Part shown: positions 46,613 to 56,198 of the stretch, piece after piece
How the letters are laid out: each line of letters begins with the position of its first letter
How positions within the stretch are numbered: position 1 is the stretch's first letter
NCBI GenBank assembly: GCA_045562675.1
Contig: JBJKVL010000001.1
Location: forward strand, 228,804-292,803
Direction: 5' to 3'
Source: Dehalococcoidia bacterium
Lineage (GTDB): Bacteria > Chloroflexota > Dehalococcoidia > UBA2979
Length of the DNA: 64,000 nt
Program-made: the position numbers and the translations under genes
The notes under the pieces: generated by a model
Told to the model about the DNA's origin: nothing
Seen by the model: only the letters and a program-made list of their open reading frames with translations
The model's database searches: none

Positions 46613-47896
46613 ATGGCAGATATATTTTTTGTTATAGTAATTTTATTACTTTTAGTAATTGGCAACGGTTTTTTTGTTGCTGCCGAGTTCGCTTTGGTAT
46701 CAATTAGAAAAACACGCGTACAACAGTTTCAGGCAGAAAAGAGACCAGGTTCGAATGCACTCGCAGATGCAGTTACAAACCTTGATTCATATATTGCTGC
46801 ATGTCAATTGGGTATAACAATATTCAGTCTAGCATTAGGCTGGGTAGGTGAAGATGAATTATCACATCTTCTTAGTAAACATTTTAGTAATTTTGGTAGT
46901 CATGGTATAAGCATATTGATTATGTTTTCAATTATCACTGCCATGCATGTAATTATTGGTGAATTAGCCCCTAAGGGATTTGCACTTAAATACGTTGATC
47001 GAACAGCATTATCTGTCGCACCACCTCTAAAAATATTTCGACTTATTTTTAAGCCATTTATAGTAATTTTGAATGAAAGCGGTTGGAAGTTTTTAGCATT
47101 ATTTAATGTCGATCGTGGTCCAGGTGCTCACTCTAACATTAATCAAAATGAATTAGGTTTATTAATTCAGGCCAGTGCAGATGCAGGGGTTCTTCCATCT
47201 GACGAACAATTATTACTGAAAAGAGTTTTGAATTTTTCTGAATTAAATATTGCTGATGTCATGATACCAAGAACCGAAATCATTGCTGTTTCAAAGTCGT
47301 CTAATGTTGAAGAAATTAGAAAAAATGTATTTAAGTATCGTCATTCAAAATATCCAGTTTATGATAGTAATCTGGATAGTATTATTGGTATTTTACATGT
47401 GAGAGATCTTTATTCTTCTCCATCAATCTCAGACTGGAAACTACATATACGAGAACCATTAATTGTTCCCGCACAGATTGATCTAAATGAGTTGATTGTT
47501 CAAATGAGACAACGTAATACACAATTTGCAATTGTCGTTGATGAATACGGTGGAACTGACGGTATTGTGACTTTGCAAGATGTTATTGATGAAATATTTG
47601 GAGAGATTAAAGATGGATTCCAATATAGTCAATATGAACAATCAAGTTCAAATAATATGAAGGAAACTATATTAGACGGACTAGATTCTGTAGAAATATT
47701 AATTGATAAAACTGGCATTGAGCAAAGCGATAAGGCAATTAAAACTGTTGCAGGATATTTTTTAGAAAATTTTGGAAAAATACCGAGAGTAAACGACAAA
47801 ATTATAATTAAAAATCATGAATTATCTATAAAGGCGATGGATGGATTGCGTATAGCAAAATTATCTTTAATTCATAAAAATGATGTAAAGAATTGA
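46613..47896 (+). CDS. CNNM/TlyC-family transporter (DUF21 + CBS pair + CorC_HlyC)
   Basis: N-terminal 4-TM DUF21 (NGFFVAAEFALVS), a CBS pair, and a C-terminal CorC/HlyC-like domain. Confidence 0.85.
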   Translation: MADIFFVIVILLLLVIGNGFFVAAEFALVSIRKTRVQQFQAEKRPGSNALADAVTNLDSYIAACQLGITIFSLALGWVGEDELSHLLSKHFSNFGSHGISILIMFSIITAMHVIIGELAPKGFALKYVDRTALSVAPPLKIFRLIFKPFIVILNESGWKFLALFNVDRGPGAHSNINQNELGLLIQASADAGVLPSDEQLLLKRVLNFSELNIADVMIPRTEIIAVSKSSNVEEIRKNVFKYRHSKYPVYDSNLDSIIGILHVRDLYSSPSISDWKLHIREPLIVPAQIDLNELIVQMRQRNTQFAIVVDEYGGTDGIVTLQDVIDEIFGEIKDGFQYSQYEQSSSNNMKETILDGLDSVEILIDKTGIEQSDKAIKTVAGYFLENFGKIPRVNDKIIIKNHELSIKAMDGLRIAKLSLIHKNDVKN

Positions 47897-47910
47897 ATTA
47901 ATGATAAAGT

Positions 47911-49149
47911 ATGATTAATTTTTTTATTCAAAAATTACCTTTTCATTATGCATGGATAGTTGTATTTATTGGCATAATTTCCAATATGCTCGCAGCAGGT
48001 TATATGTTTTGGGCTATTGCAGTTTACATACCAGAGATTTCAGATTTTTTTTCTATAGGTAGGTTGCCAGTTATCTTATGTTTTACAGCAGGACAAGCCT
48101 TATCAGCTATATGTAGCTCCTATATTGGCAAATATATGGACAAATACGGAGCTAGAAAATCATTGATTATTGGAAGTGTTATAGCTGCTGTTGGTTTTCT
48201 TGTTACTGCCAGTGCATTCAATATATATATTGTTTTAGTTGGTTGGTTAATTGTAGGTGTTGCAAGGCCATTTGTCTTGCCAATCACTTTTAATTGGCTA
48301 GTGACTCGATGGTTTGTTGCGAATAGACAGGCTGCATTAGGATTAGTAACGACCGGCTTAGGTCTGGGTGGCTTGATGTTACCTGTTTTTACAGAGTTAA
48401 CTAATATGTATTCTTGGCAATTCACATTATACTCTGCAGCTATAATTTTTCCTTTAATTAATATCACCTTTGCTTTATTTTTCTTGAAAGATTTACCTGA
48501 GCAATTTGGATTACAACCAGTACAAAATCAAGAAAATAATCTAGTCAATGATGAGCGATTAACAGGAATGAATTTAGAAAATGCGAAAAATACATCAGCA
48601 TTCTGGTTGATCACCTTTGCTTTTGTTTTTTTCTTTATGGGTCAAGGAGCAGTTAATTTATTAGGATTTGATTTTCTTATTAATGAAGGGGTAGATAATG
48701 CAGCTGTTTTTTTTGGAATAAGTGCGCTCATTCGAGGGCTTGGTCGTATTCCAGGCAGCATAATGGTTAATAAGATGGGTAATATTTTTAAATTAGCAAT
48801 TTTAGTTTCATTTTTGCAGGCTTTTGCAATGCTTACAATTGTTTTTTCTACTAGTCTTTTTTCACTAATAGCTTTTGTATTATTTTGGGGCGGAGGCGGT
48901 ATTTTTGTTCCTATGTTGGAATCTTTAATTTTGACAAAAACTTTTGGTGTAAAACATTACGGAGCGATTTCTGGTTTGGTCTTAGCCTTTGCATTTGGTG
49001 GTCAAATTATTGCTCCAATATTGGGTGGTTTTATCTTTGACTCTACACAATCTTATGATATTGCTTTTATTTCTTACTTCACTATGTCGTTATTTGCAGG
49101 ATTATTATTTTATATAGGTCATAAACAATCTAAGAGCATTGCAGTCTAA
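47911..49149 (+). CDS. MFS transporter
   Basis: 412 aa, about 12 TM segments, and loop motif GKYMDKYGARK. Confidence 0.85.
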   Translation: MINFFIQKLPFHYAWIVVFIGIISNMLAAGYMFWAIAVYIPEISDFFSIGRLPVILCFTAGQALSAICSSYIGKYMDKYGARKSLIIGSVIAAVGFLVTASAFNIYIVLVGWLIVGVARPFVLPITFNWLVTRWFVANRQAALGLVTTGLGLGGLMLPVFTELTNMYSWQFTLYSAAIIFPLINITFALFFLKDLPEQFGLQPVQNQENNLVNDERLTGMNLENAKNTSAFWLITFAFVFFFMGQGAVNLLGFDFLINEGVDNAAVFFGISALIRGLGRIPGSIMVNKMGNIFKLAILVSFLQAFAMLTIVFSTSLFSLIAFVLFWGGGGIFVPMLESLILTKTFGVKHYGAISGLVLAFAFGGQIIAPILGGFIFDSTQSYDIAFISYFTMSLFAGLLFYIGHKQSKSIAV

Positions 49150-50135
49150 TTTTTACGATATCTAAAATCACAGAAACTTGCACCTTCCATTATCGTTTTT
49201 GTTCTATCTAGATGAATATTTTCAGAATATCCTGAGGATAAAGAAAAATCTCTTCCACAAGAAAGTATATATCCTAAATCCTCAGCACCAAGTTGTTTAT
49301 ACATTTCTGCAAACCTACATTTCGTAACATTAAAATTGAATTCGTTTTTATTGCTCTCAAGTATCTCATATATAATGTCTGTCCCTGCACCTGACCATGT
49401 TTCCTGGATACTTTGAAAGCCATCTAAATCATCGCGTTGTATCATAGAAGAAAAGTCTTTACCTTGTTTTTCGGCAATTTCTTTAATTGCGTTGCGGGCC
49501 AATTGATGAGCTAATTCTTTGCCAATTTCTTTTTCTAAATTTCTAATTAGAGGTATTAGAACTTCTGCTTCAATTCCTCTCTTTTGTAATAGAGAAATGT
49601 TAAAGATCTCTTTTGAAGGCTCATGTTCTGCCTTACCATCTAATATTTTTTTTGTTTTTTGAATTATTTCATCATCATGAGCAAATGCAAGATGAGGTAA
49701 ATTTTCAAAATCAAAAAAATCAGCATCTTGTATTTCTTGATTAATAGTAATTTCTTCTGATTTTGTATTTGCAAGATATGCTATAAAAACTATTTGTTCA
49801 TTTTTTGTACTGTAGGTGCCAATTAATTGCCCTACACTTATTTTTATGCCTGTTTCTTCAAGGGTTTCACGTTTTAGAGCTTCTTCAATAATTTCTCCTG
49901 AATCAACAAATCCTGATGGGAACGACCATTTACCAATATTTGGTTCAATATTGCGTTTAACCAAAAGTAATTGTTTTGAAGAATTTATTATTACTCCCCC
50001 TACTGCAACTTTCGGATCTAAATAAGAAGTCTTTGGGCATTTTTCACATTTTACAGGCTTTCCAGATTTGACTGGAGCTTCCAATTTTGAACCACATGCA
50101 GAACAAAATTTAATAATTGATTTATTGATATTCAT
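49146..50135 (-). CDS. zinc-ribbon / Nudix hydrolase / L-2-amino-thiazoline-4-carboxylate-hydrolase-like fusion
   Basis: CSACG...CEKC ribbon. Nudix box GFVDSGEIIEEALKRETLEETGI. C-terminal CRFAEMYKQLGAEDLGYILSCGRDF...CDFRY, as in the ATC-hydrolase family (recalled). Confidence 0.7.
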   Translation of the reverse strand: MNINKSIIKFCSACGSKLEAPVKSGKPVKCEKCPKTSYLDPKVAVGGVIINSSKQLLLVKRNIEPNIGKWSFPSGFVDSGEIIEEALKRETLEETGIKISVGQLIGTYSTKNEQIVFIAYLANTKSEEITINQEIQDADFFDFENLPHLAFAHDDEIIQKTKKILDGKAEHEPSKEIFNISLLQKRGIEAEVLIPLIRNLEKEIGKELAHQLARNAIKEIAEKQGKDFSSMIQRDDLDGFQSIQETWSGAGTDIIYEILESNKNEFNFNVTKCRFAEMYKQLGAEDLGYILSCGRDFSLSSGYSENIHLDRTKTIMEGASFCDFRYRKN

Positions 50136-50887
50136 CTAAAGAAAATAATCCTTCTGAACTTTTCTGTATATTTACCATCATCATTTTTCCATCTTTCTAA
50201 AAATCTTTGTTGCATTTCATCAGTAAAATCAAATTGGCTTTTATGTTCCTTTAATGCATTGAGTTTTGTTTCAAAATAATCAGAGATATCTATTTCAATA
50301 TTTGAATGATTTGTACCCCAAAGAAAAAGTTCCCTAACTTTATGTGTTTCAAGTCCTTCATTGATATGTTCTGGAAAATTCAGTCTATCTCTAGCTGTAG
50401 GATAAATACTGTCGACTGTAGCTAAACCCGTAATTCTATGATCGCTATGACTTACAAATGAATTATTTATGATGACTGCTTCAGGATCATGGGTATAAAC
50501 TGCATAAGGTTTAAATATTCTAATCTCTTTAGTGATTTTTTCAATTAATTCTCGGCTATAAGTTAATTCTCCATCAACATAATTTAAAAACTTAACATCT
50601 CTAGCACCTAAAACCGATGATGCATTATTTTGCTCAATTTTTCTTTTAGCAATGAGCTCATCTTGATTAACATGCTCGTCACTTGAACCCTTAGATCCAT
50701 CAGTTGCTACAAGGACCCTAACATCCCAACCTGCTTTTGCTAATTTTGCTGTTATGCCACCGGCACCTACATCAGAATCATCAGGGTGGCCTGCAATGAC
50801 CATTGCTCTGTATAAATCTCCTTCTTCGAGATTAGGACCACTGGAACTTTCATTTCCAAAAAGATCCTCCAAACCACTTGGTGACAT
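50132..50887 (-). CDS. PIG-L/LmbE family deacetylase (MshB/Mca-like)
   Basis: VIAGHPDDSDVGAGG motif and a downstream HSDH. Overlaps the Nudix fusion gene by 4 nt. Confidence 0.8.
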   Translation of the reverse strand: MSPSGLEDLFGNESSSGPNLEEGDLYRAMVIAGHPDDSDVGAGGITAKLAKAGWDVRVLVATDGSKGSSDEHVNQDELIAKRKIEQNNASSVLGARDVKFLNYVDGELTYSRELIEKITKEIRIFKPYAVYTHDPEAVIINNSFVSHSDHRITGLATVDSIYPTARDRLNFPEHINEGLETHKVRELFLWGTNHSNIEIDISDYFETKLNALKEHKSQFDFTDEMQQRFLERWKNDDGKYTEKFRRIIFFR

Positions 50888-50981
50888 TTCAAATTCCTTT
50901 CTAAATAATTTAATATTATTATAGCTTAATAATCTATTGTACTTGCGTTTACTGTTAAGTTACATTAGCATTAAATATATA

Positions 50982-51012
50982 TATTAGAACATATGTGTTA
51001 ATAATTAGAACA
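50982..51012. promoter_or_regulatory. candidate LexA operator region (imperfect GAAC-N4-GT box and direct TTAGAACA repeats)
   Basis: TATTAGAACATATGTGTTAATAATTAGAACAAG lies 14-44 nt upstream of lexA. GAACATATGTGT resembles the Gram-positive/actinobacterial GAAC-N4-GTTC box with 2 mismatches. TTAGAACA occurs twice, 21 nt apart. Confidence 0.3.
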
Positions 51013-51025
51013 AGAATGAGGAAAA

Positions 51026-51655
51026 ATGGAACTTACTGCAAAACAAGACAAGATTTTAAATTTTTTGAAAGATTTTATTCTTGAAAAAGATTATCCGCCT
51101 TCTATTCGAGATATACAGACTCACTGTTCAATTTCATCAACCTCGGTAGTCGATTACAATCTAAAAAAATTAGAAGAAAAAGGCTTGATACGAAGAGATA
51201 AAGATATTTCTAGAGGTATTGAGATATTAGGGGATAATAATATACGTTCAAGAACTATACGAGTACCATTGTTAGGAAAAATTGCTGCTGGTAAACCAAT
51301 AAATATTCCTACTGAAAGCTCTACGGAAGATTATACGAATGCGATAGAACTCTCACGAGATCAAATAGGTGCTAAAACAGATTTATTCGCTTTGCAAATA
51401 AAAGGTAATTCAATGATAGATGCATTAATTCAAGATGGAGATATTATTATTCTTGAAAGAACAAATCAGTTTGATAATGGTGACATGGTAGCTGTTTGGA
51501 TTAAATCAGACAATTCTACAACATTTAAACGTATTTATAAGTTAGATAACAAAATTAAATTGGAACCAATGAATAAGAAGATGAAATCTTTTTATATTGA
51601 TCCTTCATCGTTTCAAGTTCAAGGCAGATTTGTTACTTCGATTAGACATTGGTAA
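51026..51655 (+). CDS. lexA: LexA repressor
   Basis: N-terminal wHTH (PPSIRDIQTHCSISSTSVVDYNLKKLEEKGLI). Ala-Gly cleavage site (KIAAGKP). Ser/Lys dyad contexts (KGNSMIDA, TFKRIY). Confidence 0.93.
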   Translation: MELTAKQDKILNFLKDFILEKDYPPSIRDIQTHCSISSTSVVDYNLKKLEEKGLIRRDKDISRGIEILGDNNIRSRTIRVPLLGKIAAGKPINIPTESSTEDYTNAIELSRDQIGAKTDLFALQIKGNSMIDALIQDGDIIILERTNQFDNGDMVAVWIKSDNSTTFKRIYKLDNKIKLEPMNKKMKSFYIDPSSFQVQGRFVTSIRHW

Positions 51656-51657
51656 AT

Positions 51658-52641
51658 TTAATTTAATTCACTAATTATTAAGTCTAATGCGACCTTTTCA
51701 TTAATGAGGCCAGTTTTCATTTGAAAATCATATTTTTCAATAATTCTTAGATTATATAAATATTGACTTTCCTCTTTTTTTACTTGTTCAATAATCTTTT
51801 GTAATCTGTATCCATGAATGCCAACTTCTTTTTCAATCTGATTTTTTGATAAATTTTTGACACTAGATACTTTTAAAAATTCTGAAGTTTGCTTGGCAAT
51901 TCTATACATGATTTCTTGTCTAGAGATCTCTCCTCTAAGGATTAAGGTATTAATCTGCTCTCTGACTTGATGGCCATTGCCTGCAACAATAGAATCAATA
52001 ATTGGAAATATATTATATTCTTTCCATTCATTTGTTAGTAATTGTACATGAGATTTTTCAATTTTTTTACCATCACTATAAGCATGTAATTTGTTTAACT
52101 CATTCACTAGTGCTCTTAAATTATTATTTTTAAGATCTACAAGCTCTTTAAGAGCATCATCTTCAATCTGGATATCCAATTTTTGACATTTTTTTTTGCA
52201 CCAATTTATTACTTCACGATTATTTTGGAAATTACTTATTTTATTCAATTCAAAAAATTGTGCTTCATTTGGTATTTGTTTAAATATTACATTTTTTTTA
52301 GTAAGCGTTTCATTTCTATAATTTTGATAATTTGCTTTAGGCAATTCAACAAAAATTAATTCAGTATTTTGTATTAAATGTTTTAAGCTTGCATAAAAAT
52401 TATCAATATCCTTTTTTTTATTTTTTTTATTAAAATTTGAAAAAAAGTTTTCTATATAGCTTATTTTTTTTTCATCAAAAAGAGACAAATTTGATATTTG
52501 GTTGAGTAATTCTTGGTAATTGATATTTGCACCATTGATATGATCAACATTTAACTGAGATTCTTGATTTAAATTATCTATTAGCTCTTTAGATTTCTCT
52601 TTGATTAAAAATTCTTCATCACCGGTAATAATATATATCAT
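51658..52641 (-). CDS. holA: DNA polymerase III subunit delta
   Basis: 327 aa. IYIITGDEEFLIKEK N-terminus and overall HolA-like helical C-terminal domain. Moderate similarity only. Confidence 0.7.
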   Translation of the reverse strand: MIYIITGDEEFLIKEKSKELIDNLNQESQLNVDHINGANINYQELLNQISNLSLFDEKKISYIENFFSNFNKKNKKKDIDNFYASLKHLIQNTELIFVELPKANYQNYRNETLTKKNVIFKQIPNEAQFFELNKISNFQNNREVINWCKKKCQKLDIQIEDDALKELVDLKNNNLRALVNELNKLHAYSDGKKIEKSHVQLLTNEWKEYNIFPIIDSIVAGNGHQVREQINTLILRGEISRQEIMYRIAKQTSEFLKVSSVKNLSKNQIEKEVGIHGYRLQKIIEQVKKEESQYLYNLRIIEKYDFQMKTGLINEKVALDLIISELN

Positions 52642-52883
52642 TAATCAATATCCAACTGCCAGCCTAATATTGCTATAAGCGTTGTAATGAAAAAAATTAA
52701 AATACCTGGCCAAATTATGTTTTCTATAAAAACACTTAGGTTATTGTCGATTACATTAACAGATTCCCAACAAGACCATAGTACGCTTAACAAGATGCCT
52801 GGCACAAATAACCAGTAACTAAATCTAGGGTCTTTATTATCTTGTAGCTGATTTTTTATGATTTTAATAATATCTTTTTTCAT
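52641..52883 (-). CDS. small two-TM membrane protein
   Basis: 80 aa with two hydrophobic spans. The stop overlaps the holA start, and the gene lies 4 nt downstream of cofE. Confidence 0.5.
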   Translation of the reverse strand: MKKDIIKIIKNQLQDNKDPRFSYWLFVPGILLSVLWSCWESVNVIDNNLSVFIENIIWPGILIFFITTLIAILGWQLDID

Positions 52884-52887
52884 GCTT

Positions 52888-53643
52888 TTATCTAAATAAG
52901 TCGAAATCTTTTTCTCTGATTATATTATTTATTGAGTCGTTATTTTTGTCATATTTATAACCTTTTACTATGGCTATAGGAATCATATTTGTTTTCCCCA
53001 TTATTAATTCTGCTGCACTTGCAATTTCATCTGCTATACAGATCATTGTATGCTTTAAAGTTTTGTTAAAAATATCTTTTTTCCCAACATAGTTCTGAAA
53101 TGGATTCATTCCAGCTATTCCAATAGCAATATTTGTTTGCCCCATCCTCCATGGTCTTCCAAAAGTGTCAGTCATGATAACACTAACATTTTTATCAAGT
53201 TGTTTTTTTATTTTATCCTTAATTGTTTTGCAACTTAAATCAGGATTTTTTGGTAATAAACAAATATTCTCATCGCCTTTTACATTTGAATTATCAATTC
53301 CACTATTTGCACAAATAAATCCATGTTTTGTTTCAGTAATTAATATTCCATTTTCTTTCCTGATTATATTTTTTGATTCTTGTAAAACAGCTTCAATTAA
53401 CCTTGCATCCTTTGAATACTTTTCTGCCCACTCCACTGCAAAATCCGAGGGTTCATAAGTATTCAGATTTTTAATTTGCCCTTCAGCAATTGAGCAAATT
53501 CTTTGAGTAACAACAATGATGTCATTATTCTCAAGAGCTATTTCTGATTCCTGAATTTTATCAATAATAATTTGTGGTAGATCATCATCAACTTCTATAA
53601 TCGGAAAATCTGGTACACCTAAAATTTTAATTTCATTTTGCAT
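52888..53643 (-). CDS. cofE: coenzyme F420-0:L-glutamate ligase
   Basis: 251 aa with CofE-like DIIVVTQRICSIAEGQ and FICANSGIDNSNV motifs. Confidence 0.8.
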   Translation of the reverse strand: MQNEIKILGVPDFPIIEVDDDLPQIIIDKIQESEIALENNDIIVVTQRICSIAEGQIKNLNTYEPSDFAVEWAEKYSKDARLIEAVLQESKNIIRKENGILITETKHGFICANSGIDNSNVKGDENICLLPKNPDLSCKTIKDKIKKQLDKNVSVIMTDTFGRPWRMGQTNIAIGIAGMNPFQNYVGKKDIFNKTLKHTMICIADEIASAAELIMGKTNMIPIAIVKGYKYDKNNDSINNIIREKDFDLFR

Positions 53644-53666
53644 ATTAAATCTTAATAATTTTTTAC

Positions 53667-54344
53667 TTAATTTATATCAGTAATTGAAATACTAGAATGT
53701 GATTTATATCTACCATTAATTCCAATTAATAATACGGTTAAAAATTCTACATATCTTGAATATCGTAATGGTCCTGCATCTATAGCACGAATCGTTGCAA
53801 TTTCTTCTGATAAATCCATAACAATTTTTTTAGCATCTTTGTTATTACCTGTTACTAAAACATCACCTTCGACATCTACATCTAAATTTTGCAGTATTTC
53901 TGCAGATAAATTGTGAAATGCTCCAATGACTGTTGACGCATCAAGAATTTTTGCTGCCTCTTCTGTTGCTGAACCATCAGGAACATCAATTGATCTAGGT
54001 CCTTTTTGAAATTCCATAGGAACGACTGCATCTATGATGATTTTATTTTCTAAGAATTCTTTAATTTGTTCCAATGTTGACTGGTGAGCAGAATACGGAA
54101 CTACAATAATACAAATTGATGCTTGCTTAGCCATTTCATCATTAGCGCCACCTTCAATAGTTATATTGCTATAATTTTCTTTAAGTTCATTTTTCAATTC
54201 AAGCGCAATTTCCTCTCCTCTTTCTTTATTTCTACTACCTATATAAATTTCATTGCCTGATATAGCAAATCTCTTTGCAAGCCCTTTACCTTCAGGACCT
54301 GTTCCTCCAATTAATGCAATTTTTTTATTCATTTTTTTCTCCAA
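53667..54344 (-). CDS. npdG: NADPH-dependent F420 reductase
   Basis: IALIGGTGPEGKGLAKRFAISGNEIYIGSR Rossmann N-terminus. 225 aa, typical NpdG/Fno size. Adjacent to cofE. Confidence 0.75.
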   Translation of the reverse strand: MEKKMNKKIALIGGTGPEGKGLAKRFAISGNEIYIGSRNKERGEEIALELKNELKENYSNITIEGGANDEMAKQASICIIVVPYSAHQSTLEQIKEFLENKIIIDAVVPMEFQKGPRSIDVPDGSATEEAAKILDASTVIGAFHNLSAEILQNLDVDVEGDVLVTGNNKDAKKIVMDLSEEIATIRAIDAGPLRYSRYVEFLTVLLIGINGRYKSHSSISITDIN

Positions 54345-55929
54345 AACTTAATTTAGCATTACCTATGAAATCATAATTCATAAAAAAATCGACTTCCATA
54401 TTAATAAAATCATTTTCAGTATCAATATTTTCATAGACAATCATTGCTTTACCACTTTTTTTCTTTTTAAAGTCTATATTTTCAGAGTTATATACAACTT
54501 GATCATTTGCATAGACAACAAATGAAAAAATACTGTCATATATTATATTTTCATAATCAAATGATAAGAGGTATCTATCGTTTGATATTTTTTCTAACAT
54601 AAATTTGTTGTAATTAATTTTTGGTATTGTTGTTTGAATGTAAAAGTTATTTTTAGCTTTTAATTGATTATTAACATATATTTCAGTCTGCCAAAAACCT
54701 TCTGGCATGCCTAAAGGAAAAGAAAATCTTAGTACATTTGTAAAGAAAGAGTAATCTCCCTTCCATTTATATGTTGTTGTTATATCTTCTTGCATAATAT
54801 TGTTTAAATACCATCTCTCTTCAATCACATCCCCGCTTTCCAATCCCTGAGTAGCATATTGATAATATAGTTCATATAGCTTTTCATTAAATTGAAAATT
54901 ATAATCATACAAAACCACTCCACCATTCTCATTGATTTTACTAGTACTATAAACGGGATTTGAAATTAGTATATTGTTGATATCTTTTTCTAAAAAGTTA
55001 AATTTATTATTCACGATTGTTACATTTGGAAGTACATTTTCTTTAATTTTTTCTAAAGTTTCATTTGAAAGATGAAAAGAGCTAATTAAAGAAAGAGGAA
55101 AATCTTTGTTATAACTAAGCGAATCGATAAATCCTATAAATTGACCCTGCATATTATACGCTGGAGCACTAAAATAATTATTTGGTAGATTTGCGTTAAT
55201 TGAAATCCATTCAGTATATTGTTTACTAGTTCTACTATATTTACCATTGATTTCTGCAGAGCTTAAATTGATTAATATAGCTCCATCATTTCTAGTTTCG
55301 AAGTTAATTATTTCAATGCTATCATCTATTTTTACATTAATATAATCATTAAATGTAACAATGTTTGTTGATGCTTTAAATTCTTTAACTTTATTTATAT
55401 CTTTTTCTGTAACTTGTAAAAATGTTACATTAAACCTATCTTCATTAATAATTGATGCATCTAATTTTATTTCTTGACTATTGCCTTTATATTGTTGTGA
55501 AATAATGACAGATTGAACTTCATATTCTTTCAAAGTTTCATTAATGCTTAGTAATGATTTACTAATAATGACTATCAATGGGTCCTTATTTATAAGGACG
55601 CCATTGCCTCTTCGTAAAATCTCTTCTTGATTTTTATTTTTCAAATTAATTTCTACATATATTATGCTCAGCGCCCTCTGCAGTATTGAAGGATTTAACT
55701 CTCCCTTATCTATTGAATTGTTTTTATTAATCAAATCTTTGGAAGGCAAAAGTGGTTGCAATGTAGGAATTTTATCTTGCTTAATCTGAGAAATTATTTT
55801 TTCTTCTTCATTTATTGATTCATCGGGAATTAATTTAGCAATTGGCTTACATCCAATAATTATAAGCATAGACAGGAATAACATGGTTAAAATTTTATTA
55901 TCTATATCTTTTAACATAAATTTTTCCAC
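54325..55929 (-). CDS. lipoprotein of unknown function (possible degenerate trypsin-like N-terminal half)
   Basis: Lipobox LIIIG-C. RGNGVLINKDPLIVI and GQFIGFIDS recall S1C protease strands, but I could not find a His/Asp/Ser triad. Overlaps the npdG start by 20 nt. Confidence 0.5.
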   Translation of the reverse strand: MEKFMLKDIDNKILTMLFLSMLIIIGCKPIAKLIPDESINEEEKIISQIKQDKIPTLQPLLPSKDLINKNNSIDKGELNPSILQRALSIIYVEINLKNKNQEEILRRGNGVLINKDPLIVIISKSLLSINETLKEYEVQSVIISQQYKGNSQEIKLDASIINEDRFNVTFLQVTEKDINKVKEFKASTNIVTFNDYINVKIDDSIEIINFETRNDGAILINLSSAEINGKYSRTSKQYTEWISINANLPNNYFSAPAYNMQGQFIGFIDSLSYNKDFPLSLISSFHLSNETLEKIKENVLPNVTIVNNKFNFLEKDINNILISNPVYSTSKINENGGVVLYDYNFQFNEKLYELYYQYATQGLESGDVIEERWYLNNIMQEDITTTYKWKGDYSFFTNVLRFSFPLGMPEGFWQTEIYVNNQLKAKNNFYIQTTIPKINYNKFMLEKISNDRYLLSFDYENIIYDSIFSFVVYANDQVVYNSENIDFKKKKSGKAMIVYENIDTENDFINMEVDFFMNYDFIGNAKLSFGEKNE

Positions 55930-56059
55930 TACTATAAAACATATCTTATCAATTAGTAATAATTATAACTTGATTTTTTTTTATTGTTTAGTTTAAACTT
56001 AATCATGAAATGGGTGCAGTGAAGTAGTTTATTCAAATTAGCCTAATTTTTAGATGCTG

Positions 56060-56198
56060 CACTTACTAAAAAACGGAGGAACCATTTCGGGGTGAACTCA
56101 ATTTGAGCGGGTGACTGTTCCATCCGAATCCGTCAGCTAACTTCGTAGGCTATTGAACAGACCGAATGCCGGTGGGGTGCCGGGCTTGGAGGTCTGTG
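56060..56198 (+). promoter_or_regulatory. c-di-AMP riboswitch (ydaO-yuaA class) with SD-sequestering hairpin
   Basis: Conserved blocks occur in ydaO order: ACGGAGGAACCA, GGGGUGAAC, CCGAAUCCGUCAGCUAACUUCGUAGGC. The last is near-identical to B. subtilis ydaO CCGAAUCCGUCAGCUAACCUCGUAAGC (recalled). The outer helix CUUAC/GUAGG closes it. A downstream hairpin CAGACC(56158-63)...GGUCUG(56191-96) overlaps the GGAGG SD (56188-92). Confidence 0.85.

Noticed and set aside
56166-56198. The ORF-track start of the zinc-ribbon ORF at 56166.
   Set aside because: It lies inside the riboswitch expression-platform hairpin. ATG 56199 has a GGAGG SD at ideal spacing.
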